Below, piece by piece: positions 11,189 to 23,150 of a stretch of 64,000 nt of DNA. The first letter of the stretch is position 1, and every line of letters starts with the position of its first letter. The translations under genes were made by a program, and so were the position numbers. Below the pieces are notes generated by a model. That model made no database searches. It was not told the origin of the DNA and was given only the letters and a program-made list of their open reading frames with translations. This DNA comes from Halocafeteria seosinensis (Eukaryota), in NCBI GenBank assembly GCA_001687465.1, contig LVLI01000172.1:124001-188000 (forward strand), read 5' to 3'.

Positions 11189-13994
11189 TATAAGTGACGG
11201 TCTTGCTTTATTCCACTGAATAGATCGAGAATGCCTGCTACTCTATGATTGTAGTAGAGGCCCAAGAAATGTGTCTTGATGTAGATCTAAGAATGAGCGC
11301 AATGCCAAGAGTTGCAACTTTTCGCCTTCAACAAACCAGAAACGAGTTCCCTTTCTGCACTGTGACCACGGTCTATCACACAATCGTAGCAAGTAGCTGT
11401 AAAACAACAAACAGGGACAGCAAAAGATAGCGCGGAGGGGTCAACAAACCAAGCAAAAACGACTATGGAAGAAAGTTTTTCTTTGCCACAACTTCAACAT
11501 ATCCCATAACTTCAAGTAAGGAATTGTACGTAGGTCAATGCGGGAGGAATGAGGTTCTTAGTGAACCCAAGCAAGTGGAAGCATTTGACGGATCTTGAGG
11601 AGAATCATTTTGTGAACACGCTTCGCTGGAATCGGGGCATCATATGACATACATTTGACGTTCATTGGTAAGTTCCACATTCTGGCGGCGAACTGAATCA
11701 GCACCAGAAGTGGCCACGTATTTGTACCTTTGTACAGTATTGAACCAAAATTATATTGACCTGTCGGATCACTGGCTAGGAGCCTATAGATGACCTGAGC
11801 GAAGCAAATTTCCCACACAGTTGATCCATCAACTACATTCGGCCTGGGTCGCGTGAGATGGTCGCGATGACTAACGCTGAGTCGTTTCCGACTTCTTCGG
11901 AGTGGAAGAGACTGAATGGCTGTACATTCTGCGTAGCCTCCACATATTTTCCTTCTTTTCGGCAACATTGTCAAGTTCTGCGGTATGCACCCTAGAACCG
12001 AGGACCATGAGCTTCGAAGAAGTAATTTGATGCTGTATAGTATTGGTTTATTCTATAACAAAAATAGACTATCGAGGCGACGTGACTGAGATACTCTTTC
12101 AACAGTTCCTCCATAGAATCCTGCCTATAGTGACTTCTTGCAGGCCGACAACGCCAGTAACTGTATTTGCTTCACATGTGGCACTGGGACGCTTTTATTC
12201 CACAGAGGTGTCCCTGGTGTCTTGCCGTACTGAGACAATGGTACTATCCTCAAACATCCATATCTGTTGCTCAGGTAGCCGATCCGATGTTCTCGGTCCG
12301 CAAGGCGCAAGGGACAATGTGCCCAAGCCTGCGCAGATGTTTTCATTGAAGAGTTCCTTCTCGTCATGAGTACCTCAGTATTTGACGGTGCGCAAGAACG
12401 AAAGTACCACAAATAAGGAGCATAGAACCTCCCATGAGACGAATACTAAGGCAATTGCATTCAGTATCTGGTCCAAACGCACACTGCAGTGTCAGCACAA
12501 TTCAAATATAACGCTCGTGTGTGAACTCTCCCACTATACCCCTACCATATATCGATGGCATCTGCTAGACATGCAATTACTTAATCCTGATCATACCACT
12601 TACACATATGTTTGAAGTTCCAAATAGAACACATGTAGTACAAATACAGGCACCGCCAGACCCATACTCCAAACCAGAGGACCCGCCAGTTCGGTTTTAT
12701 TACCCTTGGAGGCTGTATTCGTACACCCGTACACATAAGCGCGTTCATCGTTGCTTTACTAGACATGACATAGTATAGTCAAACGTACATAAGAAGAGCC
12801 GTATTTTCTCCACAACGACGTAAAAGAAGACAAACGCCACTTCCCATCCTATTGTGTTGGGGGGATAGGGGAACTGTGTGCCTGTATTTCATTGTATATA
12901 GCAACTGCACAGGTTGCAGGTGATGAACTCGATCAACCATCTCTCTTACCTTTGTATATAAAAGTGAGTACCGTCAGTACAAAGAGTAGATAGACGTAGT
13001 AGCCATGTAAGACTAGGGAGACCTGCAGCCCTAACGACGATTGTATCTCTTGTACAGGCATCTTCTATGGCATTCTATTTCATAAACACGATCTGTATTG
13101 AGAAAGTAAACGGTAGAGCAAAACGCAAATCAACAGTCATCGTTTTAAGACGAATGGACTTGCGAACTTGGAAGTTGCTCGATGAGTCAAAAGGAGCTCT
13201 AAGAATTCAAATCCGGGCCAGAGAGTCTGGAAGTTGGACCAAGCTGTTCAAAGCTGCTGTTCAGGTCTTGATTTGTCCATCTGTTGGGTGATTGTGAATT
13301 TTAAGTAAGTTGATACAACTTCATGCCTAATTTTTTGCCATGCATTGCAAGGTCAGCGTAGAAAGCGGTGCGGCACACTTTGGTTAGAAGTCTACAGGTC
13401 TGGCGTTCCTCAATCCCCGTACTGCTATTCCGTATGTGGACACCACCTACATCTACCGATATACGATGGTGGCTAAGAAGAAGCATTTAGTATCTTTGGA
13501 TACGAAGAGGAAGGGAACAGGATATATTTGAGTTTGGAGGTAGAAAGGGTGTAGGAATTTCTCGATTCATCGGGTATCACGGCGGCTGAAGAACAAGATT
13601 CAGCGTCTTTTTGTATGGAAGGAAAAAAAAAGACGAAGAGGGGCAACATACATTCGTACAGTAGTTGGAAGTAGAAAGGGGTGTCCTGTGCACACAGGAC
13701 CGTAGGACCTGATGTCCTTTCCCCATTCCTCCCGATTAGTGTTTTGAATCTACCATACATGTTTTCCAAGGCGGATGAGAAACGCGGATCCGCATATTAG
13801 TGTATGGAAGGGAAGGAAGAATGGAGGGGAACACAATGGGTTGAATGGTATTTATAGGACTTCTTGCTTTTTCGTCTTCTCGTTCCCCGAGAGTGTGCCT
13901 GTAGGAAGCAAGTTCCAGAGTCTTAGTGTATTGAAAAGAAAGAGAAAATTTTTGGATGGGTAGTACAGTAGTGTAGACACGAGTGACTGTCGTC

Positions 13995-14020
13995 AGCCGG
14001 TAGGCCATAAATTATACACT
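13995..14020. repeat. Third copy of the AGCCGGTAGGCCATAAAT..TATACACT motif
   Basis: Exact 18-nt match to 118-135, followed by TATACACT after a 2-nt gap. Confidence 0.75.
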
Positions 14021-14590
14021 CGTACGTACGAGGAACGTATGGTTTCAGCCGTTGGATGCACTCTCTTTATCCAGTGTTGTCTAAGAGTAACTACAATGGG
14101 TTTCGTGGTTCTGCGTACCAATGATCTGAAAGCTATACCGGACCCATTATAACATACAGATGAAATCTGGTTGTGCTCAGGTTGTACCTGCGTACTGTAG
14201 CGAACACACACACGCACCACGCAGGGGTAGCACCACAGTGTGACCACACACGCACAGCGTACTGTACCTGTCCCAACGATGTCAGGATTGTACCGGTGCG
14301 GCTGGTGACCGGTGGTGCAAGCAACAACAGCCTTCGGAGGGAGTCGATCAAACAGAACTCAGCATGGATCGACTAAACGCCTCAGATATTTGTTTCTTTT
14401 TAACAAACTTTTTGGTCTCCGCCGGAGACTCTCCGACGGTAGAGACACCTCACGGAGCGACTTCGACAGTGTGCGCACAGCGACATGAACTGTTGATGTA
14501 TTGTTACCCTGTAACTCCCCATCGCTTAGTAGACCATTGATGAGGTTAGTTTCCATATCTTACTAATGGGGAGGTGTCGATGCCCGTAGA

Positions 14591-16463
14591 ATGAGTGCGG
14601 CCAGTGGTGGAAGTAGCAGTGAAAATCCATGGAAAGTTGCGACTTCCAGGAGCACTGGCCTGCAATATTACTGGAATCCACATACAGGAGAGAGGTTATG
14701 GAAACAACGGAAGCAAGATGAATCCCTGCAAGGACCGGAAAGCAGTGGAAATGGAACACAGAAAGCTGATACGGCTTCGAAACGAAGGAAATGTGTCCTG
14801 GATCTGCCCTATCCTTGGGCGTGGAGGCTCAATCAAGCTACTGGAGGCAAAGACTACGTCAACCTCGAAACTCGAGAGACAAAGTCGGAGGAGGAATGGG
14901 AGGCACATATGAAGGAAGCACGAATAGACGCTAGTCACGCACATGAAGGGTTTGAGGTGTCCCTGGCTCTCGTGGGCACCTCCGGACTTGAGTGGATCTC
15001 GTACAAACAAGATAATCGTGATTGTTATCTGGTGAGCACATCCGACCGTAAGCAGGCTTTAGTATTTGAAGCAGTGAACTCAGGTACTGCTCAATACCAA
15101 CTACGTTTTACCGACCCTTGGACTTCGTCTTCTTCGGCGTCTCTGCTCAAAGTACAGAACGATACCTCTGGCATGATTCTATTGACTTCTAGTAATACTG
15201 GGTCCGTTTTCAGGCTTGTACGAGACAGGGAAATGGGGAAAAGTTGCATGGTTAAATCAGATTCAGGGGCGTTTATAGCGAAGTCGGGAGCATCGGACAA
15301 GTTGTGCGCCTGGTCCAATCCGCACGAAGCCTGCGAATTCTGGCCAGACTTTCGTGGGCGAGACTTGAAGCAAGAATTCTTAACTGGGAAGAATAGCACC
15401 GTTACAGCTTTTGTCGGTATCAATGGACTTCGGGTAGGAGAGAATACTCTAGTAAAGAAAGGGTTTCGAGGTGAGATTCACGATCTGCCCTCTTTTCGAA
15501 GCATTGGAGAATGCGTGCTTAAAATACAACCTTGGGACTCAAGAACAATGCATGAAGTTTGGTCACACAAGCTTGTGAATGAACAGGCATCAAAAATGGG
15601 TATTGGAAAATCTTGTTGCCAGCTCATTGATTGCTTTTGGGACAAAGAAAATTGCTTCGCCATCTTGCGGAAATACGGTGCTAGCTTAGATTCAAAACTG
15701 AAGTTATCAGATTCGCAAAGAAGCTATGCTTACGATAGATTATCCCCGATTAAAGCACTGGACATTGGAAAACAAATTTCGGAAGCGATAAAGGTAGTTC
15801 ATGCATGTGGCTTCGTCTATATGGACCTACATCCCGGCAACGTGTTGCTGAACACGTCTCTGGGATCAGATGTTTTAGAGGTTGTCCTTACTGATTTTGG
15901 TTCTTGTCAGAAAGGAGCATTGAATGACATGAATCAACTAGTGTATATGGTAAGTTTCTTGCTCTTTACCTTGCCTTCTGAATTTCGCCTCCTGTCATGT
16001 CCCGTGACTCCTAGGAAAGCAGGGACCTACACGAGGGGGAAGATGGGATTTTATGCCTCCTGAGCAATTTGATAAAGAAACTAAGTTTTCTGCTTCTGGA
16101 GACACGTTCTGCATTGGATCAGTTCTATATACTCTTCTTGCTGGTTACCCTCCCTTTGCACCAGGTAAGTTCGCGGTGACGTAGCACAAATGCTCGCGAC
16201 TATCATCGAGTTCCGTCTGCATTACAGGTGAAGGGGAGAAATTGCGGAGAAGCAATACACAATCGAATCCACATCGGGGACCTCGTGGTCTTGCTAAACT
16301 CAAAGCTAGCCTTGAGACAATAGCAGATCCGCCCGTACCAAATGCCTTGATAGATGTCATAGTGAAGTCCATGAATCCGGAGCCATCGCAACGATACACT
16401 AACATCGCTTCCCTATTGGAAGCTTTAGACTCGGTGTACTCTTCAGTAACCGATACAATGTGA
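14591..16463 (+). CDS. WW-WW domain Ser/Thr protein kinase (3 exons)
   Basis: WW motifs PWKVATSRSTGLQYYWNPHTGERLW and LPYPWAWRLNQATGGKDYVNLETRET; kinase motifs VLK, YMDLHPGN and TDFGS. Splicing two GT-AG introns gives GGRWDFMPPEQ, GDTFCIGSVLYTLLAGYPPF and MNPEPSQRY, ending TGA at 16463. Confidence 0.85.
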
Positions 16464-16686
16464 CACACATGCATGATGGGGTATGCCGTATACCGTATAC
16501 AGACTGTCTTGAATTGCTCCATAACTTCACAAACCTTGTGAAGCTCCTATTCAGGCTGAAATACCTGACAGTGTCTTGTTTTCAGGTTTGTACGGTGCCA
16601 ACTGAGACGAGGGCACTCTCGTTTTAGTTATCTCAATAGTGCATTTCGTTGCTTTGCTTGTGTTCGCTCTGGCCATCCACTGAAAC

Positions 16687-18952
16687 ATGATTGCGCGAGC
16701 AAATCGTTCATGTGGGAGGATATCCAGGCACTCTTCACGGAGTTACACAGGGTTTTATGACCCTTTTACAAGGCTGATCAAGGATAATTTCGTCGTAGGC
16801 ACTCGGGAAATTCATCATACGGCATGTTTAGGAGCTTCGAAAAGGAGGAGAGGCACGGCGAAAGGCCCTGTTGAGGCAAGTGTTCCTGATCACATGGAAT
16901 TCAAATACTGCGAAGGAAAGTTTCTGGTCCTTATTTTCTTTGCAGGCGATTGAATTTAGGATAACTGCGGAAGAAAGATGTAGGAATACATGTTGGACTG
17001 AGCGTCTGCGCAGCTGTTGATAATTGCTGTTTGGGGTGGATTCTTGGTGCAGACCACTACTACAAGCACTGGGTGGAGGAGTATACAACGTTTCTGAGGC
17101 CTCCGCAAGTCGTGGATGAATACGCGTACTTTTTGCCCTTTTGGCAGTTTGAAGTACGTGGAACAATGTTGCTCGAGCAAATTTGATGCTTTTCGAGGTG
17201 TTTGTTTCTTCTTGATCCTTTGGGTGACAGTGTGATGTGACTAGCGAAGTTGCGGGACACACGTACCGCCACTACCACTGTGGCCCTTTGACACAAGTAA
17301 GGTAGCAGTATGTTTTTTCTTTTTGGTATGTCGTTTTATACAGCGTTGAACAAAGTTAACTAACGTGACAGATATACTCTGGGGATCGATTCAGACGAAA
17401 ACTGACAGAGGTAGTTAAGAATGAGTCTTCGCTTGCAAAACCATACTCTGCGGATATGCTAGAATTGGATGGAGAAACCGCTGGGGTAGATGCTTGGCGT
17501 ATGTATACCGTCGCGCTTTGGTTAGTTCGTTGTACCTCTTACGCACTGTTAGTCTACAGACTTGTTTGAAAGCACTGCTTGGTCCTATATTCGAGCACGT
17601 TTGCAAGAAGAGCAACAGGAACTTCTAGGCAAAGAGCATCCTTCTCAGTCCATGACTATTCATTTTACCAACGTCGTTTCGCGAAAAATTTATATGCCGG
17701 CTCATGTGGTACGGACGGCTACCGAGTCCCTTGTAATATGGATCACACAGTATCACCTGGAATGTATCTGTACCAAATTGTACAGGTGGAGTACTCGTTT
17801 TTGGGAAATACATTTCGTGTGTTCATAAATGGAGTTACTGGTCAGGTAAGGACTCTTTTTCTAATACTGGCTCTAGCATAGAGATCCAACGTATTCTCCT
17901 CTACACCGTTGTACGTGCAGGCGTTTGGTCTCGCCGAGATTCCATCGAACAAAATTCATCATATGTTCAAATCCGCTCGGAAGAAGGCTAAGTGGTACAT
18001 TGGTTTTGGCTTGGCTTCCCAATTTCTTCCAGGTGTCAATCTCGGACTGAGGATTTTACTAAAGCTTTTATTTAAGCCATTCTTCTTTCTACCAGCTATT
18101 TTGAGTGTCGGGAGTTATTATTCGTTTCTTAGGTAAGGGAGCCAAATTCTCTTTTCTACGCTACCGATCTTTGTGGTCCCTACCGATCTTTGTGATCGTT
18201 ATCTCTAGCACAACAGGTTATCGCCGATCTACCACCAGCGCAAATCCTTCGCTGATTGGTATGAAGAAAAAGAGGCGGAGAAAAAGATGCAAGCCCAGAT
18301 GAGCGACGAATGGATCTTTCGACCGACAGGGAAGAAGGGCCACGACTTTGAGAGAGAGAGGCAGGAGTCCAAGCATTATCGAAATAGGGAGGTACGGACA
18401 TGGATTAAATGTTATCGCAGGGTACGCATATTGAGTAAGTGATTGTTACCTTTCAGGAGGAGCACCAACGTTCCAGGCAAGCCCACTATCAATCAAGCGA
18501 GGACAAGGAGCGGCGCAGAAAGCAGGAGGAACGCCTCAATCAGAAGCAGTCAGACAAAGCCAAATCCACGCGAACTGTGAAGCCAACCCCCGTTAACCCC
18601 AACGATTACTATGAAGTTCTTGGGCTAAAGCACCTTGGACCAAAAGCTTCCAAGGATGATATCAAAGTAGCGTTTCGCAAGCAAATGATGAAATATCATC
18701 CAGATCACAATCAGCACACAGGCATGGACCTAAACGTAAGCGATACTAACAGGTGCCACCCTGGTTTCTTCGATACATATTACCTGCTCCGTTACAGGCT
18801 GCAAGCGATCGCACAAAGCTGATCTTGACAGCGTAAGTGCATGACAATTTCGATCATCGCCCGTTGCCCGTCTTATATGCTCTTCTAGCTGCAGATACCA
18901 AACATTGAGGAATGATCAAAAGCGCCGCGAGTACGACAAGAGCTACCGTTAG
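16687..18952 (+). CDS. Membrane protein with C-terminal J domain (HPD), probably organelle-targeted; about 11 exons
   Basis: R/S-rich presequence-like N-terminus; spliced middle domain (AIEFRIT..., FLPFWQFE, IYMPAHV|VEYSFLGNTFRVFINGVTGQ); hydrophobic hairpin; J domain DYYEVLGL...IKVAFRKQMMKYHPD...AYQTLRNDQKRREYD; stop TAG at 18950-18952. Confidence 0.8.
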
Positions 18953-18968
18953 TGTTAGGACAGAGTTT

Positions 18969-21083
18969 TCAATAAAGGAATTCGATCTTGGATTCTTTTA
19001 GAATCTCGTGAACTTTTTCGTACTCTTTCTTCGCTTCTTCTTCGGGAGTAGGAGCTCCGGGTATTTCCCATGTGCATAATTTTGGGGCAAAGCAATCTTT
19101 ACTGTTGATCCATTGAAGACTATAGTGGGGGAGAGTATCCTCCACGTTAGCCTCTTCACTGTCTGATTGTTTGATCTCCTTTGAAGACTTTTTGCTTGTC
19201 GATCCTCTCCTAGCAGACCCTTTTCTACCGCTTTTATTCGAAGAGCGGCTTGAGGCACTACCGGGTCTGGCGTTTTCCTTTTCTTTGCTTGCCCTTCCTT
19301 CGGGATCGTAATCACGGGTATCCGTCAAGAAGAGGTTCGAGCTACGGCTGGCTAGTTTCCGTGACAGTTTTGCCAGGGCGGAATACTGTTGAATTTTGTT
19401 ACCACTCCAATCTATTGCAAGCAGCGTCGGGTTACCACTACACAGGTAGGAATCGCTTCCGTATGTTGTAAGTTCCGGTAGCGCAGTGGGTCGTTCTGTT
19501 TCCCCTGCTGATTTCGTTGACTTCGTGCTCTGTTTTGCTCCTTTCTTTCCCTTGCTTCCTTTGTCCTGACCGCTACCGAATATGAGCGCCTCCCATGTCT
19601 CTCTCATTTGTAGCGCATTTGTGGCGTACTTTACCGGAAATAACGAACGAACAATAGCCTCAATGCCGTCTTCAGTTATCGCGTTATTCGCCACGGACAG
19701 CTCCTCTAAGCTTCTATTTTCCCGAATTCCCTTTGCTAACGCGGCAGAGCCCTTATCCCCTAGTCTATTTCCAAATAGATTTAATGCTTTGAGCTCCTGC
19801 GTCTGGACGAGGCCTTTAGCAACAAACTCGGAGTCGTCGCTTGAGACGCCATTACCACGAAATTGCAACAATTCCAGTTTTGCCTTGGAAAGAAGTGTCT
19901 CTATGCAATACCCTATGAAACCGGGATCACCTGGAGACATCTTGCTCGATGAAACTTCTTCTTCTTTCTCCTCCGTGTCCCGTTGTAGGGTTCTAGTGGC
20001 GTCACACGCAAGGCTTTCCTCGCAAAAATCAATGAAAACTCTGCGAAGGCCTGGTGAATGTTCACTGGATAAGGTTTCACATATAAATGACAGCATCGGT
20101 TGGTCGACTCCAGCATTCTGAATGCTGAGAGCTGATATATTTTCATGCTTCGCCAGCAAAAGTACCAGCACTACTAGCGTTCCATAGTCTAGCTTGTGGT
20201 TTTTGATGACAATCGCCTCTTGGGCCTCTTTCTCACTGATCTCGTACGCATCTATCTCCACAAGCGGGGCATCATTGTTCGAGCGGGCGCTATCGTTCCA
20301 AAACGTCCCTTGCCGCCTACTCATAAAAGCACTAGGTGTACGTATAGTGAACGAGGTGGTCGACTCTGGCGTCTTACTCCGACTTTGAAGTGCTGCTGAC
20401 TGCACGCGCGCAACTGTGAAACGAGGAATCAATGTATGATGCAACTTGTTTGATCAGTAGCGATGTCAACAGCATGTACGTACCATCTCGTTCTTTCCTC
20501 TTCGGCAATAATTGGGGATGAGGCGTAAGCTGAACGAAGATATCCAAGACATACGATAATTCCACCTTATCAGCTGATACATATAGTGGCTGTAGAGCAC
20601 GTACATTAAGTGTTTCACACATGGTCAAGTAGTTCTCTCGGAAATTCTCACTCGTTAACGTATCTTGAGGACATACTGCAAACTCCAAACCAATACGAGT
20701 AAACGCCAATTAATGGAACCATTTGCCGAGAGGAGCTTTCCCGAAAACTTAAAAAATTATGCCGACAAAGAAGTTCACTTACAGTGCCTTGCGTACTCGT
20801 ATTGGTAAGTTAACGCTTCCCGCGTGAATTCGGAAGCTGCATTCGGTTCTATCTTCTCATTGTTTGATGGTACAACAGTGTTACTGGAGCCCTTTTTACT
20901 TCCACCTCCTCCTCCAATATTTTCGCCTTTCTGCAACTGAGTGACGACTTCAGCAGGCACACGAATATGCTGTGTAGCTCTCCAGTAAGGAAAATGACTG
21001 GGTTTTCGATGAGCCGAGGTCTCCGAAGGAGGCTGTTCAGCCTCCTTTCGGGAGGATGAAGATGCTTTACTCGGAGAGGGCAT
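18969..21083 (-). CDS. RNI-like leucine-rich repeat protein, LRRC71-like (4 exons)
   Basis: ATG at 21083 (MPSPSKA); three GT-AG introns join ORFs 20775-21134, 20374-20709 and 18969-20444. LRRs LELLQFRGNGV, LKALNLFGNRLGDKG, LEELSVANNAITEDG are followed by a K-rich insert and GNPTLLAIDWSGNKI, the layout typical of LRRC71. Confidence 0.75.
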
Positions 21084-21327
21084 CGTTTCTAGAGCTTCTC
21101 CAGATCCCTCGACAGACGCATGATGTTTGCACAAACGAACGTGTAGGCGTCACAACACAGTGCATTTGGAAGCCACTTCCTCTGCCACAGCCGTCAAATT
21201 GACCCAACTTCAACGTCACTACAAAGCCTACGTACAGGGGGCAGGGAAGGAAGGAAGATAGTGTTCATTCGTTAATGATGCTATTTATTTATTAGTATGA
21301 TGAGAGCCATCTTTGGCCGGACAGATT

Positions 21328-22782
21328 TCACCGTGACCGGGAATCGGAGGCGGCAAAGATTGTGTCCCTGGCTGGCACTTCCTCATCATTCGAAACTTCG
21401 GTCGGATCTATTCCTAATGCCCTCAAATACTCGGCTTCTAGCTGACTCATTTCGCTCTGACTTTCCTCGTTTTGCCTAGATTCTTCATCGTCTCCTATCC
21501 GTTCATCCCGACGATTATGCTGACTCTGCTGCTCCACACCAGAGTCGTGTTCATGGCGTTGAGGGGTAAACATATTGAAAATCCCCGTGAGGGCAGTGAC
21601 CCAGGACTCAGATGTATGCGTCTCATGATCGGATGATACTTCTTTGTCGGAAGTTACCGCCACGTCTGTGGGACGATCCACACTCTCTGGAGTCACGGAT
21701 CCTTCGATCTCCGTATGTTGGCCCGACTGTTCACCAGAGTTGGCAGCTGTCATAGGACTTCCACCAGATATATGACGGGCACTAGAGTCAAAAAACGAAA
21801 TATTCCGAAATCGGGGCTGATCACCCGTTTCCACATCTCGAACTGCTCGCTGAGGTGGAGATCTCGTTTTGGATAAATCGTCATAAGCTAACAAGTCATG
21901 GACATCCACTGCAAGTAGCCACGTCACCGGGATCGCTTCAGCGAACACAAATGAAAGAACCAAAATTACCGTTAGCTTCCACTCTTGCCCTTCTTGAATT
22001 TCATCCCATCCATCCAAAAAAGTAAAGATTGAGAAACCTCCCCATACCAGTCTTCCACCGGACCAGGCACAGGTCGCCCTTATCATAGTGTTCCATCGAG
22101 ACTGTGCCTTCAACGATCGGAACGGGTATCCTGAAAAAGCACATGATAGAATGCCGTAACCCGAAAGAAACAGAATAGGGATGCCGACGTTTAGCACAGA
22201 CAGGAGAAGATAAACCCCTTGCATAACTTCCCTAGACCTTGAAGCACTGGAGAATAAGGCCCCTACATATAAGGCAATTTGGACAGTGTACATAAGAGTA
22301 TTCAGTACCAAGTACACGATCATTCCGGTCCTTCTGAATGCATTCACTGCGAAAGGGTGATATCTCGTAAGCTGGAACGTTTCTACGGTTATTACGAGGA
22401 GTAAGAAGTACGCAGATAAAAACGTGTAGTCACCAACGTTGATCAGGATATCTATCGACCGGATATACAGCCGAAACGATTCGCTCCTGAACTGTTCTCG
22501 GGAATTTAAACGAATCTCCTTTTCTCCCAGCTTTTCGTCGTCGGGGGAGGCATTCGTGGAGAAACTAACGATCGATAGCGTAGTAAACGTCAGGAAGCGT
22601 ACCACCGAGGACATCATTATGCTCGCCATCAGGAGCATCTTTGTATTCCATTTACCCTGAGATGCTTTGCACACCTTCATAAACTTGCGTACAGAAAAGC
22701 TGGCCATTAATAGGCAAGTTATTCCCAGGAAAAATGACACATCTCCATTTCGCTCGAGCAGCACTCCGAGGGACTCAACCAT
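21328..22782 (-). CDS. 7-TM protein, TOM1/THH1/GPR137-like (DUF1084); tandem paralogue A
   Basis: Intronless 484-aa ORF with seven hydrophobic helices; motifs FLSAYFLL, WSGGR and FAEAIP resemble the family; acidic C-tail. Confidence 0.75.
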   Translation of the reverse strand: MVESLGVLLERNGDVSFFLGITCLLMASFSVRKFMKVCKASQGKWNTKMLLMASIMMSSVVRFLTFTTLSIVSFSTNASPDDEKLGEKEIRLNSREQFRSESFRLYIRSIDILINVGDYTFLSAYFLLLVITVETFQLTRYHPFAVNAFRRTGMIVYLVLNTLMYTVQIALYVGALFSSASRSREVMQGVYLLLSVLNVGIPILFLSGYGILSCAFSGYPFRSLKAQSRWNTMIRATCAWSGGRLVWGGFSIFTFLDGWDEIQEGQEWKLTVILVLSFVFAEAIPVTWLLAVDVHDLLAYDDLSKTRSPPQRAVRDVETGDQPRFRNISFFDSSARHISGGSPMTAANSGEQSGQHTEIEGSVTPESVDRPTDVAVTSDKEVSSDHETHTSESWVTALTGIFNMFTPQRHEHDSGVEQQSQHNRRDERIGDDEESRQNEESQSEMSQLEAEYLRALGIDPTEVSNDEEVPARDTIFAASDSRSR

Positions 22783-23150
22783 TTTGTGTGTTCTGCGGGA
22801 AGTTGCCGGACTTCAAACGCGGCGACGGAAGCTGGGACAGTCCATGCTTCCTCTCATTCGGTGTGAAAACTGATGCAATTCTCTAACGACTCGCCGTCTA
22901 CTGGAAATACACCTTGTAACAATCATCTCTCTTCCTGGCGTTTCAAGTGAGAGCGTCTTGAACATGTTGAAGTTCTGACAGGATCGGTCTGTGTGAAGGC
23001 CAGAAGCTACTGTCGGCAGACAGTGTCACACTGTCGGTCCGCCGAGCATGAGTCTTGCGACGGGGTCCCGATGAAAGGAATCGGTTTACTGCGTACCATC
23101 TGGAAATGTGAAATGAAGGAGAATAGTCAGAAAGCTCGCAAACCTCGACA

